Origin: Octopus sinensis | Taxonomy: Eukaryota | DNA length: 64,000 nucleotides | Assembly: GCF_006345805.1 (NCBI RefSeq) | Contig: NC_042997.1 | Coordinates: 101,184,001 to 101,248,000 of the forward strand | Reading direction: 5' to 3' | Shown here: positions 13,420 through 25,110 of the stretch, piece after piece | Numbering within the stretch: position 1 is the first letter of the stretch | Layout: every line of letters begins with the position of its first letter | Made by a program: the position numbers and the translations under genes | The notes under the pieces: generated by a model | What the model was told of the DNA's origin: nothing | Database searches by the model: none | The model's input: only the letters and a program-made list of their open reading frames with translations

Positions 13420-13953
13420 CTGCACTTAGAATATTTATTTCAAATTTTGGAACACAGTCAGACCTCGGCGGAATTTGAACTCAGAACGTACATACGGAAG
13501 AAATGCCGCTAAGCATTTTGCCCTGTGTGCTAACAATTCCGCCAGCTCACCGTCTTTATACCTGCACCTAAAATATTAGTTTCAAATTTTGGCACGAGAC
13601 CAGTAATTTTGGGGAAGGAGTAAGTCGATTCCATCGAGCCCAGTAGTCAACTGATAATTATTTGATCGACCCTGAAAGAATAGGAGGTATCTGAACACAA
13701 AACGTAACGCCGGACGAAATGCTGCAAAACATTTTGCCCGGCGTGCTAACGTTTCTCCAGCCCACCGCCCTACTGCACCTAAAATATTCCTTTCTATTAT
13801 AGGCACAAGGCCTCAAACAGTCAGGGGAGGGGATGAGTTGATTACATCGATCCAAGTGCTCAATTCGTACTTATTTTATCGACCCGAAAGTATTTTGCCC
13901 AGCGTGCTAACGATTCTTCCAGATCGCCGCCTTTACACCTCACATAAAATATT
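13420..13953 (-). mobile_element. Three tRNA-SINEs separated by four copies of a 16-bp direct repeat
   Basis: ctgcacttagaatatt 13420-13435, ctgcacctaaaatatt 13562-13577 and 13773-13788, degenerate cctcacataaaatatt 13938-13953; SINE bodies lie between them. Confidence 0.85.
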
Positions 13954-15230
13954 GTTAAAAATTTTACAGCCATAGCAAACTTCAACCAGAACAATGCTTT
14001 TTTATGACTAAATATTGCTAATTCTCATAACCACTTACCTTTTTATGCATACCATAAAATTGAATAACTAATAACAATTCCATTTTTAGCCGTTTGTAAA
14101 ACACAGCATTTTCTTAACTACATAGTTTTATTTCCTATTTTCTAAATCCCAATAATCAGAACATACAATTTTCCTCAAAACATATTTACTATTAACATTT
14201 CATTGTTCAAATTCACAAAATTCCCAATCAAATATCAAACAACCCATTTTTTAGATTTAGCTCACATGTGCATATTTCCGTACAAAACTAGCTTTTAAGA
14301 ACGCTTGTGAAATAAGGACAGCGCAGAGCAAATGTTTGCAATTAAAGTGTAATACATAATACAGCGACTATATTTCACATATTCTGTTGAACTAGAAAAA
14401 AAAACTATGCTATGAAGGTAGATGCACTTTTGTTATAAAGAGAATGCGGAGACATAAATATTAATGATTATCAGATTTTGAGTGGTTTGTCATCGATTTC
14501 TTTTGAAGACGTTTGCTGTTATATGCTTAAGTGTAAAGATAATATTGGAATAAAATGTGTGGATTCTTGATATCTACTTCAATACATTTATCTGAACAGC
14601 ACGACACACACACACACATGCACACGTGCACACACACACACACACACACACGCGCGCACACATATACATGAACACGCACACACTCTCCCTTTCATTCTCT
14701 CTCTCACCAGTCTATTTTTCTCTCTCCCGTTCCCTCTCTCTCTCTTTATATATATACATATGAGAGAGAGAGAGAAAGAAAGAGAGAAGGAGAAAGAGAG
14801 AGAGGTCTTATTAAGATAACAGGGCAATGATAGGTAGGAAGGAAGATGAGAAAAAAATAGAATAAAATAAAATAAAATAAAACAGGATGAGCTACAATAA
14901 AATGGAGAAATGAAAGAAAATAAAATGGAGCGAAATATTACTGAGTACAATGAAGGTAGTTGAGTACAATGAAGGTTTAATTTTCTGTAATAGGTTGGTG
15001 GATATAATTTTTTTTAAGATCACAGATATAGAAGCTTTAAAGATTCGTGGATATAAATGCGTTAAAACTTTTAAAGGTTTTAATTTTTTTTGTGAGGCTT
15101 TGAAGATTTAAGGTGTAAAAGGTTTGTGGCTATAGAAGTAAGTATAAGAGTAGATATGTAGGTAGATGAATAGACAGACAGGTACATGGGTTGATACCAA
15201 GATAGATAGACAGATAGACCGGTTGATACA

Positions 15231-15264
<34 letters not shown>

Positions 15265-15800
15265 CATACATACATACATACATACATACATACATACATA
15301 CATGTGTGTGTGTATGTGTGTACATACTTAGAAAGCTAGATAAAGGGACTGATAGGTGGACAGATAGATAGTTAGATCGGTAAATGGAAAATTAGCTAGT
15401 TAACCCTACATGTGACCTGGAGTGAGCTTTGTTGCTGAGTATAGTAACTTATTTAGCGAGCGCTTTCGTGCTGGGAGTTCTTCGGCGGAGGTTTGGAACT
15501 GGTCGGCCACCTAAGTTAAATTTTCTCTGTTTTCACGGGGATTTTTTAATCTTTTTCATCATACACTTCAGAAAGAAAAAGAAAATTTCCGATTCTTCGC
15601 CTACCGTGCATATGTATATATATATATATATAGATATATAGGAAATGGTGGCACAAACACCAATGTTTGCTGGAAATAACATTCGATAACCGTATGACGC
15701 TATATAAAGCTTCACTGAATGTATACAGGAAAATATGTGTGCGTGCGGCGAACATTACCTCTAGGAAGAACGTCGGATAAATGCACAACCTAGAATGGAT

Positions 15801-15876
15801 AACCTAGTACTCAAGTTTCGGACTTTCCAGAACACGTTTGTTATCGTAAATCTAGTTAGTCTTCTTCAGCTAGGTT
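15801..15876 (-). ncRNA. Type I hammerhead ribozyme motif
   Basis: Minus strand reads aacctag-CUGAAGA-(stem II gact/agtc plus ctaga/tctgg)-GAAA-cttgag-UA-ctaggtt; 7-bp stem I, quasi-palindromic stem III ACUUGAGU; A.C mismatch at the base of stem II. Confidence 0.7.
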
Positions 15877-15956
15877 CACCGAAGACAAAATTTAGGCGTA
15901 TCTGGCGAATATACAGGCATTGATGTAGCGAATATTTGGAATTTCGTCTTCAGTGT

Positions 15957-16030
15957 ACCTAACTGACGAAGATTTACCAGATTTATGATAACAAATGTAT
16001 TCTGGAAAATCCGAAACGTAAGTACTAGGT
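15957..16030 (+). ncRNA. Type I hammerhead ribozyme motif (second arm)
   Basis: acctaa-CUGACGA-(gattt/aaatc plus ccaga/tctgg)-GAAA-cgtaag-UA-ctaggt; one mismatch each in stems I and III, A.C at the base of stem II. Confidence 0.65.
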
Positions 16031-16353
16031 TATCAATTCTAGGTTGTCCAGTTATCCAGTGTTCTTCCTAGATGTAAGACGAAATGTTTTTTTTGTTTTT
16101 TTTCACCTCTCGCACGCATCTTTGCTTGTATACATTCAGTGAAGCTTTACATGGCGTCGTATGGTTATCGAATGCTATTTCCAGCAAACATTGGTGTATT
16201 GTTGTGCCACTATTTCCTATTTGTTTATAATTCTATCTTTACGGTGCTTTATTTTGCTGAAAAATAATACTATTGTATTGCAATAATATTTATAATATAT
16301 ATATACATATATAGTAATTGATTAAGTAATCAGAAGATGGATTTAGCATTAGT

Positions 16354-16390
<37 letters not shown>

Positions 16391-16393
16391 CAA

Positions 16394-16440
16394 AGGCGAT
16401 GCTCCAGCATGGTTGCAGTCAAATGACTGACCAAATAAAA

Positions 16441-16445
<5 letters not shown>
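16394..16445 (+). mobile_element. 3' end fragment of CORE-like SINE
   Basis: aaaggcgatgctccagcatggttgcagtcaaatgactga matches ~54057-54095. Confidence 0.65.
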
Positions 16446-16503
<58 letters not shown>

Positions 16504-17750
16504 GTGTGTGTGTGTGTGTGTGGTGTGTGTGTGTGTGTGTGTGTGTGTATGCACGCACATCTTGAAATTAACATACATAATGTAATATACACAGCATTGT
16601 CAATGTAATGCAGCGAAAAACACTTAATGGTTCTAAGGGAGATCGCTGTTGTGAAGGCGGTGGGTGAGTGGTGGACTTCGAAAATGATGGATTTTCCTGA
16701 ATTTCAACATTTTTAAAAAGGGATACGCCATCGTTTTAAAGTGCGTAGTGCCAGAAAAGCAATTGAAAAAATCCGTCTTGAGGGGAAAAAATATGAAAAT
16801 CCATCTCAAAACGGAGAAAATCCAATTTATGTGGGTGACCCATTCCAGTCCTCCGTCAGTTTCTTCCTCAGATTTTTAATTAATATTTCCCGCTCATTCT
16901 TGATGATAATTAGTTTTCCGTTCTTTCATGATTAAAGATCCTGGAAGCAGTAGTCGTGCTTCCACGCATCCAGCTCATTACAACGTTTCAGGCTAGGTAC
17001 TTCCTAATAAAGTGTGTTTCTGTAATCCGGAGGTTAACTGCATCTCTCCCACTCCATAGCATGCTGGTAGAGAAATCCTCGCGACAGCATTGATGGTGTT
17101 GCAACACGGTGCTGAATAGTGTGGCCTTGTACAAATATTCCTTCACCCTAAGGTGAAGGTATCTCCTGGTCAATCTTATTTATATCGCCCTGCAGGAGCA
17201 TGTCTTCAGGTACACCACGTTGTATTTGAAGCATAGCCGGTCGCTGATCCATTAGTTGAGTTGCTCAGATTAGACAATGACTTAGACAGCATACACCAGG
17301 CATGTTATTGGTGTGTGAGTGTGTAGTCCCGTCCAGTGATTCTGATGGGGAGGCCAGATCTAATGTAGTTTCTTAACTGATTTTCTACCGTCTCCTTGTA
17401 GTAGAGGAGGTCAACGTAGACCCAGTGCTTAATGTTCCTTATAAACCAAGTCAAGTAGTAGTGATAAAAGACTTTGTAAGTTTATGATGTAGAAAAAGTA
17501 TTCGGTTGATGAACTTCGCTTAAGTTTGTTTAAGCCTCATTCATGCAATCTAGACAGATGAAATATATCCGTCGGTGTTACGTTGCCTGCTAACAAAGAC
17601 CAGTACTTTCTCTAAATTATGTAAATCATTTTGGTGAAAATAATTCCTAAATTGAAAGTCACTAACAATTACCACATTCCAACCTCTTGTTATCCTCATT
17701 ACGTCCAAACTCCCTTCCTCGTACTAACCTCTATTCCAAATCTTCCCTAG

Positions 17751-17895
17751 GACATTATTTCTCCTCTTTCTTGCAGGTATTGGACTGCAACAGTTTTAAA
17801 CAGAATATGGCCGGCTTCAATCTTACTAACTTTGGAGGACTTACAAGGTTCTTCCCCTTCCTCTAGAACGAGATCTACCTCTTCCTCTAGACTTG
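17751..17895 (+). other. Candidate exon of an unidentified spliced transcript
   Basis: TACTAAC at 17722-17728, pyrimidine tracts, AG acceptors ending at 17750 and 17776, donor GTAAGT at 17896; one open frame DIISPLSCRYWTATVLNRIWPASILLTLEDLQGSSPSSRTRSTSSSRL; no homology recognised. Confidence 0.4.
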
Positions 17896-19022
17896 GTAAG
17901 TAAAAATATCAAAAAAAGAGGAAATTTTCAATTTGGAATCAACAATTGTTTGCGCACATCATTCAGTACATCATCACCCCTTAACTTATTTATAAAGATC
18001 TGAGCAGCTTTTCTTACTCTTGTAATGGAACACATTACGTTTGTCTCCGATATCACAAATTACAAGTATATATACATTCTAAGGAGTTTGTTTGTTCACG
18101 CTTCTCTTTAAATAAACACAAAAATATGGTATTATTCTGTTTCAGAAATCCGATGATTATACGTCAGTGACTACAGCAGACGGGAACGCGAATATGACTA
18201 ATAATCTCTTTGTTGAAGATCTTAGGATCCGCATTAGAAATACTGATAATTTTTAGAAACAGCTGGGTTTTATAAGCGAAGGGAAATGTTCATTATTGAT
18301 AGATAAACGTGTTAAAATCGTTTTTCAAGCGAAAAACATTAGCACCAATGTTTTCTCAAACTCCCCTGTTTTATACAACGAGTGCTATTTATACCTAGGT
18401 ATTAAAGAAAGTTTATACTATAAAGGTACTGTGAAGAAAAGTAAAGCAGCAAATATATTATACCAGACTTTAAAAACAAAACTACATCCAAAGCCTTCCT
18501 CTTCAGCACGATACTATCCACCATTGAATTGGTAGTACAAGTACTGGTTCAAAACTTAAATCATATGGTTGAACAATAAAGGCAGCATCTGAGTGTCATA
18601 TAGTCTCTACTAAATATCAGGAGTAAGAACAAATAACTTCAACTAAATACTCAAAGGGAAGAGTGTGACACACCTACAAATGGTAAGTGAACATTTTAGG
18701 AAAAGTTATTCAATATGATCTAAAAATTACTAGGTGAATACCTCAAAAAAAAAAAAAAAGACCTGGAGTACAAACAATCTACATGCCAACAGAAAGTTAT
18801 GCATGGTTATGTCGCCTCCAAAATTTACGGTTGCTGCCAATTCTGATAGAAATTTAGGATTTTTTATTGTTACATAACGTAATACACCAAGTTATGCGTT
18901 TGTAATCCATGAGAGGAGAAGGCTACTAAAATCCTGTTGAACAAAACCGTAAGTGATACTCTTTAACGTCAAGAGGCGACCGAAAATATCGGTTATGCTA
19001 TATATATATATATATATATATA

Positions 19023-19217
19023 CTTTATAATTAGGGTTCAGCAAAGTTTTGCTTTACCACATACCGAAGTTTAGAAATAGCAGCCAAAAAACTTAGCTAT
19101 TTCTTCTACTTTAAAAAGGGACTCCCAGAAAATACTTGAAAACAATCCACGCAGGCAGAGAGGAAAAATAACGAAAATCAATCGAAAATCAATCTTTGCT
19201 GAACCCTAATTATAAAG
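19023..19217. mobile_element. MITE-like element with perfect 24-bp TIRs and TA flanks
   Basis: ctttataattagggttcagcaaag (19023-19046) is the exact reverse complement of 19194-19217; TA on both sides; internal hairpin gaaatagc..gctatttc. Confidence 0.7.
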
Positions 19218-19734
19218 TATTACTTAAGTTTACCGTGAAATGGTCCTTTTTCATGCCGAATTCTACTTGGTGAAATTATTGATTACTTCTTAATTAATTA
19301 ATTTTACCCTTTGTTATTATATATATATATATATACATACACACACAAACACATACACACACATGTACACACACGTACTCACACACGTACACACACACAT
19401 ACAAATATATCACTGGAAGACATTACACGTTATTAGCAGCTGCTTAAGCTTGTCATCAAAATGTAATCTTCAAATGTGACATGACGTCGTTGCTAAAACA
19501 ATTTACAATTCCATCCGTAGGAAGGACTCCTTTGAAACAAACATAAAAAAGAATAAGCATTTGTGATGTTGAATATTTCTCTCCAACATTAAAAATGTCG
19601 GCTGAGCATTTTCATCAAAGACAATAGGCCTGATGTAGTTCTTTGGAACTGAAAACAAAACCATGTACTTTTTTGTGGAGGTTAACTATCCGACGACACC
19701 AACGTATCTTTCTCAATCCAAATTATAAATACAT

Positions 19735-19952
19735 AACGGTTTCAAATTTTGGAGCAAAGCCGGCAATTTTAAGCGAGTGGGTAAGACGATTACATCGATC
19801 TCAATGGTCAACTGGTATTTATTTTATCGACTCTGACAGATGAAAGGCAAAGTGGACCTTGACTGAATTTAAACTCAGATCGTAAAGACGGACAAAATGT
19901 CGCCAAGCAAAAAAGGCCGGCGTGCTTGCGATTGTGTCAACTCGCCGCCTTA
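19735..19952 (-). mobile_element. tRNA-derived SINE (tail B)
   Basis: tttcaaattttggagcaaagcc...gatgaaaggcaaagt...ctcgccgcctta. Confidence 0.85.
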
Positions 19953-20414
19953 AATAATAAATATATTACATATATTCATTGGCGCAGTTGCTTATTTTAC
20001 TAAGTGTTTAACTAATAGTATGGAAACCTAGTTTTTAGAAAAAGAAAAAGACTAACTTTTGTTCTGTAAATTCAATCTGCAAGTGAAATAGTGACAAATA
20101 TACAAAATATTTTAGAAATTCAAAATGTAACTCTATATTTTTGTTATCTAAATTTGAAACCGAGTTATTTTTTTTCATTTCTTTTGTGTTTTTGTTAGAA
20201 AAGAGTCCCTTTGTTTATAGTAAGATGTCAACGAATTAAGAATGAAGCCATCATACATACGTTACTTTATCAAAAATTCAACATCGCTGATTTCGTTCTC
20301 TAGATTCCAGAGATGTAGATTTGTTTCGTTGTTAGAAACCTACTTCTTTTAAGGAAGAAGTCAATTAAATAAAACATATGATATATTTTTTCATTAAACA
20401 CACACACACACAGA

Positions 20415-20434
20415 GATAGATAGATAGATGAATT

Positions 20435-20531
<97 letters not shown>

Positions 20532-20532
20532 G
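20415..20532. repeat. (GATA)n microsatellite
   Basis: Direct reading. Confidence 0.95.
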
Positions 20533-20589
20533 TAGAGTATATATATATTCATAATTAAGTTAAAGGATGGTGTACTTTATACTGCAAAA

Positions 20590-21830
20590 ATTGAGGATCT
20601 TGCCAAGTATCCAGTCCGATATCCTAAATGTTGGTACTAGCACTGGTACTTCGAAAGCATTGTATGATATGGTCTTATTAAATGCAGTCAGCTCTGAGTT
20701 CCATATTTTCCGTAGTCTACATACTTCTTCGTTATTCTGGCTTTACTTGTAGTACCACCTTAGGCAACATTTTCATTGATTCCAACTTATAGTTTTCGTC
20801 ATTACAAATTGAAGAAATAGACAAACGGTTGATTACATGTTCTCTGTTCGGTCGACAATCCTTCCTCGGTTGACTATCACATATGAGCATTTATCTTGCC
20901 CAAACTCCATTTCTGTGTCCCGTGAGAATGTTGTGACTAGTTCTAATTGTTTCTTGATATTGTTCATGTTACCAGCGTATAACTTCAGGTCATCAAAAAT
21001 ATTTGAGCATGCAGCATATTTGAGCATGTAGCCTTGGCATTTTCTAAAAAAAAAACTGACTAGAGATTCACTGCCAGTACAAACAACATTATAGATTACT
21101 ATCACACTATCATATGTCCGTTGATAATATAATTCTGTCTGTCAGTGATAAGTGTGTATGGACCATGTTGTGGTCATTCTTTCAATAGCGTTATCTATAG
21201 CAGCTGGTACTTTGGAAAGTTTGAGTGATTCTAGCATCCATGAATGAAGGATAAAGTCAAACGCTTTCCTGTAGACTAACTACATTGTTACGAGATTACG
21301 GCATTGCTGCTTGGCCTCCTCAAGGACAGCTTTGTTGATGAAGAGTTGTTCAGCACTACCTCAGATTCCTTTCTTCCTTTCTGCCAGTTCATCAGTTATC
21401 ACACCATTTGTTTGGCAGTGGTCTTGGAGAAACATATTCAGACAACCTGTGTACAGTTAGTACATAACATTCAAGCATGCTATAAACCTGTTTTTTTTTT
21501 TTTACCACATGGGTCTTTTTGTTCTCGGTGACAAGAGTAATCTCTGCCACCGTCAACCAATATGGAATATCTAGTTCAGTGTTCATTGTTTTCTTTAAAC
21601 AGCATAGTGAGAATTTCCTCGTAGAACGTGAGCTTTTTGTACCTGTAGCTTATTAGGCCTCTCCAAGGTGATCTTCCATTCGGCAGTTTCATAACAACCA
21701 TAATAACCACAGGTGATGTTATATATTTTGCGAGAGGCATTTACACAGTATTCACTTCGTAGTTCTTCTAACCATGTTGCATCACCAGTGTGTTCCTTAT
21801 TTACATTCCAGATTCCCATCAGAACGACTC
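20590..21830 (-). mobile_element. Degenerate R4/Dong-like RT fragment (family E)
   Basis: WLTVAEITLV, EQLFINKAVLEEAK, YRKAFDFILHSW, FDDLKLYA..MEFGQDKC, RKIWNSELTAFNK; frameshifted. Confidence 0.8.
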
Positions 21831-22084
21831 TAGATCATCCTGAAGAGGAGCATTTACTACCTTGATTGTATGGTCGGCCTTTTATACAGCGATATACATG
21901 TTGGTTTCGAGTAAACTTGCAGTTTATCAGTTTGCTTTCATCTAATTTTTTACAATAACGAAGTTTTCCGCTTACCGCTCGTAAATCGTGTTTGAGGGCG
22001 ATCTATTTGCTTGTAATGCATGCATTCATGCATTATGTATGTATGTATGTATGTATGTATGTATGTATGTATGTATGTATGTCA

Positions 22085-22500
22085 TTATTCAGTTTATTTC
22101 AAGATGTCTTGCCAATAGAGAAAGAACTGGTTTCTAACCTAGGTCCAAGGTTCCTTCAATGGAATTTCAACGTCAGCAACAGGTTATTTTTGTATGTATA
22201 TATGTATGTATGTATGTATATATGTATATGCGTGCAGATTTGCATGTTTTATGTATGTATTGTTATGCATAGAGTTACATATCTAGGCATGCTCATATAT
22301 ATTTAAATGATAAACTTCTGGAAAGTTTTACAGATTTGTACAGTTCCAGTGATGGATTGGATCTGTAGCCTTCGAATTACCTTTCTCCTTTCTGGTTTTG
22401 AAAAGCCTAATTTCTCAAGATAGGTATTTAGTCTGTGTTACATATCCCAGGGCCCCAATAATTATAGGTATAAATTTGATCTTGTAATATGGATAGAGCA
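22085..22500 (-). mobile_element. 5'-truncated 3' end of an R4/Dong-like RLE LINE
   Basis: Minus strand FIPIIIGALGYVT..LEKLGFSK..LQIQSITGTVQICKTFQKFII*, followed by UTR. Confidence 0.7.
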
Positions 22501-23379
22501 ACTGTATGTATGTATGTATGTATGTATGTATGTATGTATGTATGTATGTATGTATGTATGTATGTATGTATGTATGTTTGTATGTATGTATACATGCATG
22601 TATATTCTACTTCATTCAGAAGATAGACTTTCAAAATCTGGATATTTTAAAATACAATATTACCGGTTAGTCTCAAACCTTTCCATTTTTGCCTTCAGTA
22701 ACGAAGTTCTTTATCTATATGAGAGGCAAGAAAGGTGAGAATTCCTTCGAAATAGAATTTAATATAGATATTTAACAAGTTCTGTTCAAAGTTATTATTC
22801 TTAGCTTTCAATGTCAATTACTTAGTTTTGAAATTCATTTCATCGATGTTACGTGTCTAGAATGACAGTTTTTCACCCTTGCATTATAAATTACAAAGAT
22901 TTAACCCTCTAAATATTTCTAAAGCGAGGTTTGAATTTTTTTCTTTTTTGTTAACTAAATTAATTCGTGTGATCTACGTAATACAATGTTCAATGTTACT
23001 GTGTAATGTGAAAAAAATATATTACTTATTGAATCAATATATGAAGGGATACAGAAATTAATAAAGATTATTATTCAAATTTTATACTAATTTTACTACA
23101 AAGTTAATTCCACTTTTGTTCTCGATTCTCGAATTAAATTGTGATGCAATGATTTCGCAACCATTAATTTCGAGTTTGATCCAAAGTATGGCAACCTGGA
23201 CAATTGTTTCTAGCGTAATTCGGTGTTAACAGAAACCTTGTGAACGAAATTTGTTTGACAAAAACTGTACGGAAGCCTGAAAGATGTGGGGGAGGGATAA
23301 AATTTTCTTTGCGATATTTACGTAAAATTATTGCCTTTCGTACTATTGTTCTTTTGTCATTTTGTCGATTACAAAATGG

Positions 23380-24260
23380 TTTAAATAATACTTGAAATAT
23401 TCTACTGAAGGATGTTTTCTCTGTGAGTTGGTTAAAATTGCACTCAGAAAGCTGGAGCTAAAACTTAACAAAATTGTTGGAGAACGTTTCGATGGCGCCG
23501 CAGTTTTCATAAAGATTTGACGAGAAAGATAAAGGAATGTCTATTGTTATGACTACCTCATGAATATTGCTATCGAAGATACATTGATAGATATTACAAT
23601 CCACACCCCGCAATGACTTATGAAATAGTCAGAACCTCTATAACCGTCTAGAGGCTAATTTCAAACGATATCTTCTACTTACAAGCATCATAACTAATTT
23701 CACAATGAAATAAAGGGTCTAAGAGATTAAGTAAAAGCCGTGGTAGAACAAATACTTCATATCATAAATGCATTGCTTGACTTGACAAATATCGAAAGCT
23801 GTGCGCTATTGAATGTCATATGCGATTTTGAATTCTTACCTGAATTGGTTGTACTGAAAGTAATACTATTAAACGCAAACAATCACAGAAATTACATCCG
23901 AGGAAAGATTGTAGATGTCACAATAACTGAAAAAAATAGCTACAACAAGCAAATAAAATCATACTAACTGCAGAATGGAAGAAAACTTCAAAGGTGTTTT
24001 GATATGTTGGAAAGTCATGGAAAAACTATTGAAGAAACCCTGCAAGGCGCACGTTTCTCATTCAAGAAAAGTTCCACGGAAAAAAATGTCTTGTCGATTC
24101 CAAGTTTTAATGGTAAATGAGCAACGGAAGTACTACTGGATCAAACAATCAAAGACTCCTGTTTTATGTCTATTATTTCAATCTGGAAAAGTATTTTATA
24201 GAAATGGAAATCAGAATTTAATTGTAATTCCATAGATATACTTTGTACACTGAGTAATAA
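23380..24260 (+). pseudogene. hAT-superfamily (ZMYM1-like) transposase remnant
   Basis: KLELKLNKIVGERFDGAA (cf. GQCYDGA), YLMNIAIEDTL (cf. H.LNL.L.D), ALLNVICDFEFLPELVVLKVIL..YIRGKIVDV; many frameshifts. Confidence 0.6.
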
Positions 24261-24599
24261 GTCAGATGACTCAGATGAGTACTATCAAATCGTTGTGTCA
24301 CGTGATGGTGCTATTTCGGAACTTCTAAAGACAAAAAATACAAAAACAAAAAAAAAATGTTTTATATTGCTTGTTACGTCCATTAGATTCAGAGACAATT
24401 GCAGCTGGTGCGGTCGAAACTGGTTTCAAGAATGGTTTTCATAGTGTAGCACCAGGCTCCAACAAAATCAGTTATGTATTGGTAATCATTCTTATTACAT
24501 TGTGTTCTGCTTATCGCTTTTTCATCGGCCTCAGACAATTGCAGCCATTTCTGAGGAATAGATTTAGAGAAAATACTCTTGTGTAGATGATGCTGCTCT

Positions 24600-25110
24600 T
24601 CCTCAACACCAAATGCAGGAGTCGATGTCTCATCTGGCGGTGAAGTAGTTCTGTAGGTGTTTTGGCCCCTTCCACTATGACATCTGAGTTGCTCGGGGTC
24701 ACCTACCGATATAGGCGACAAAACTCACACAAAATAAAACGAGCTTTGTTGAGTCAGTTATTGCGACTCTAAGCCAAATGTTTTTAACATCCTCAGTGCT
24801 AGTTCTTATTGCACCGTTCATCTTCTTTCTGGAGCCAGATACAATGCCTTGTTTTCTCCGGGGTTTCGACAATTTTCTGACAACAATTTTTGTCTCCTTC
24901 ACAGCTAGACCAAGACTCTTGAGCACCGACTGAACTTTTGTTCCAAAAAATCCTCCAACACCTATCTCTACAGGGCGGCATATTGGCTTCCTGCCACTGT
25001 TTTCACAGAGTTCAACCAATTCACTGTATTGTCTGTCGTTCTTGAGGAAAGCATCTTCGATATTCGCTTCCTTGTGTGATATTACTAAATATTAAGCGAA
25101 AGTACGCCAA
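24600..25110 (-). mobile_element. HERO-like RLE LINE 3' fragment (end of endonuclease + 3' UTR)
   Basis: EANIEDAFLKNDRQYSELVELCENSGRKPICRPVEIGVGGFFGTKVQSVLKSLG resembles the E.N.E.A..RK..KY.EL...C...GW....PVE.G.RGF C-terminus of HERO/CRE-type elements. Confidence 0.6.

Larger units (their letters stand above)
15638..16220. repeat. Long imperfect inverted repeat (arms ~15638-15892 and ~15940-16220), Penelope-terminus-like
   Basis: Arms align by eye as reverse complements, e.g. caccaatgtttgctggaaata / tatttccagcaaacattggtg and aagcttcactgaatgtataca / tgtatacattcagtgaagctt. Confidence 0.9.

Noticed and set aside
13420-13953. CRISPR array interpretation of the 16-bp repeats
   Set aside because: Eukaryotic context, the spacers are SINE copies of 120-195 bp, the repeats are too short and no cas genes are present.
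15451-15490. Further hammerhead-like remnant on the minus strand (CCGAAGA...GAAAGCGCUC)
   Set aside because: Core U4 is altered and neither stem I nor stem II pairs.
16620-17460. Possible Tx1/L1 3' remnant on the minus strand (similarly 25800-26100) and possible CR1 ORF1/PHD remnant at 31300-31900
   Set aside because: Only vague motif resemblance; too degenerate to support without a profile search.
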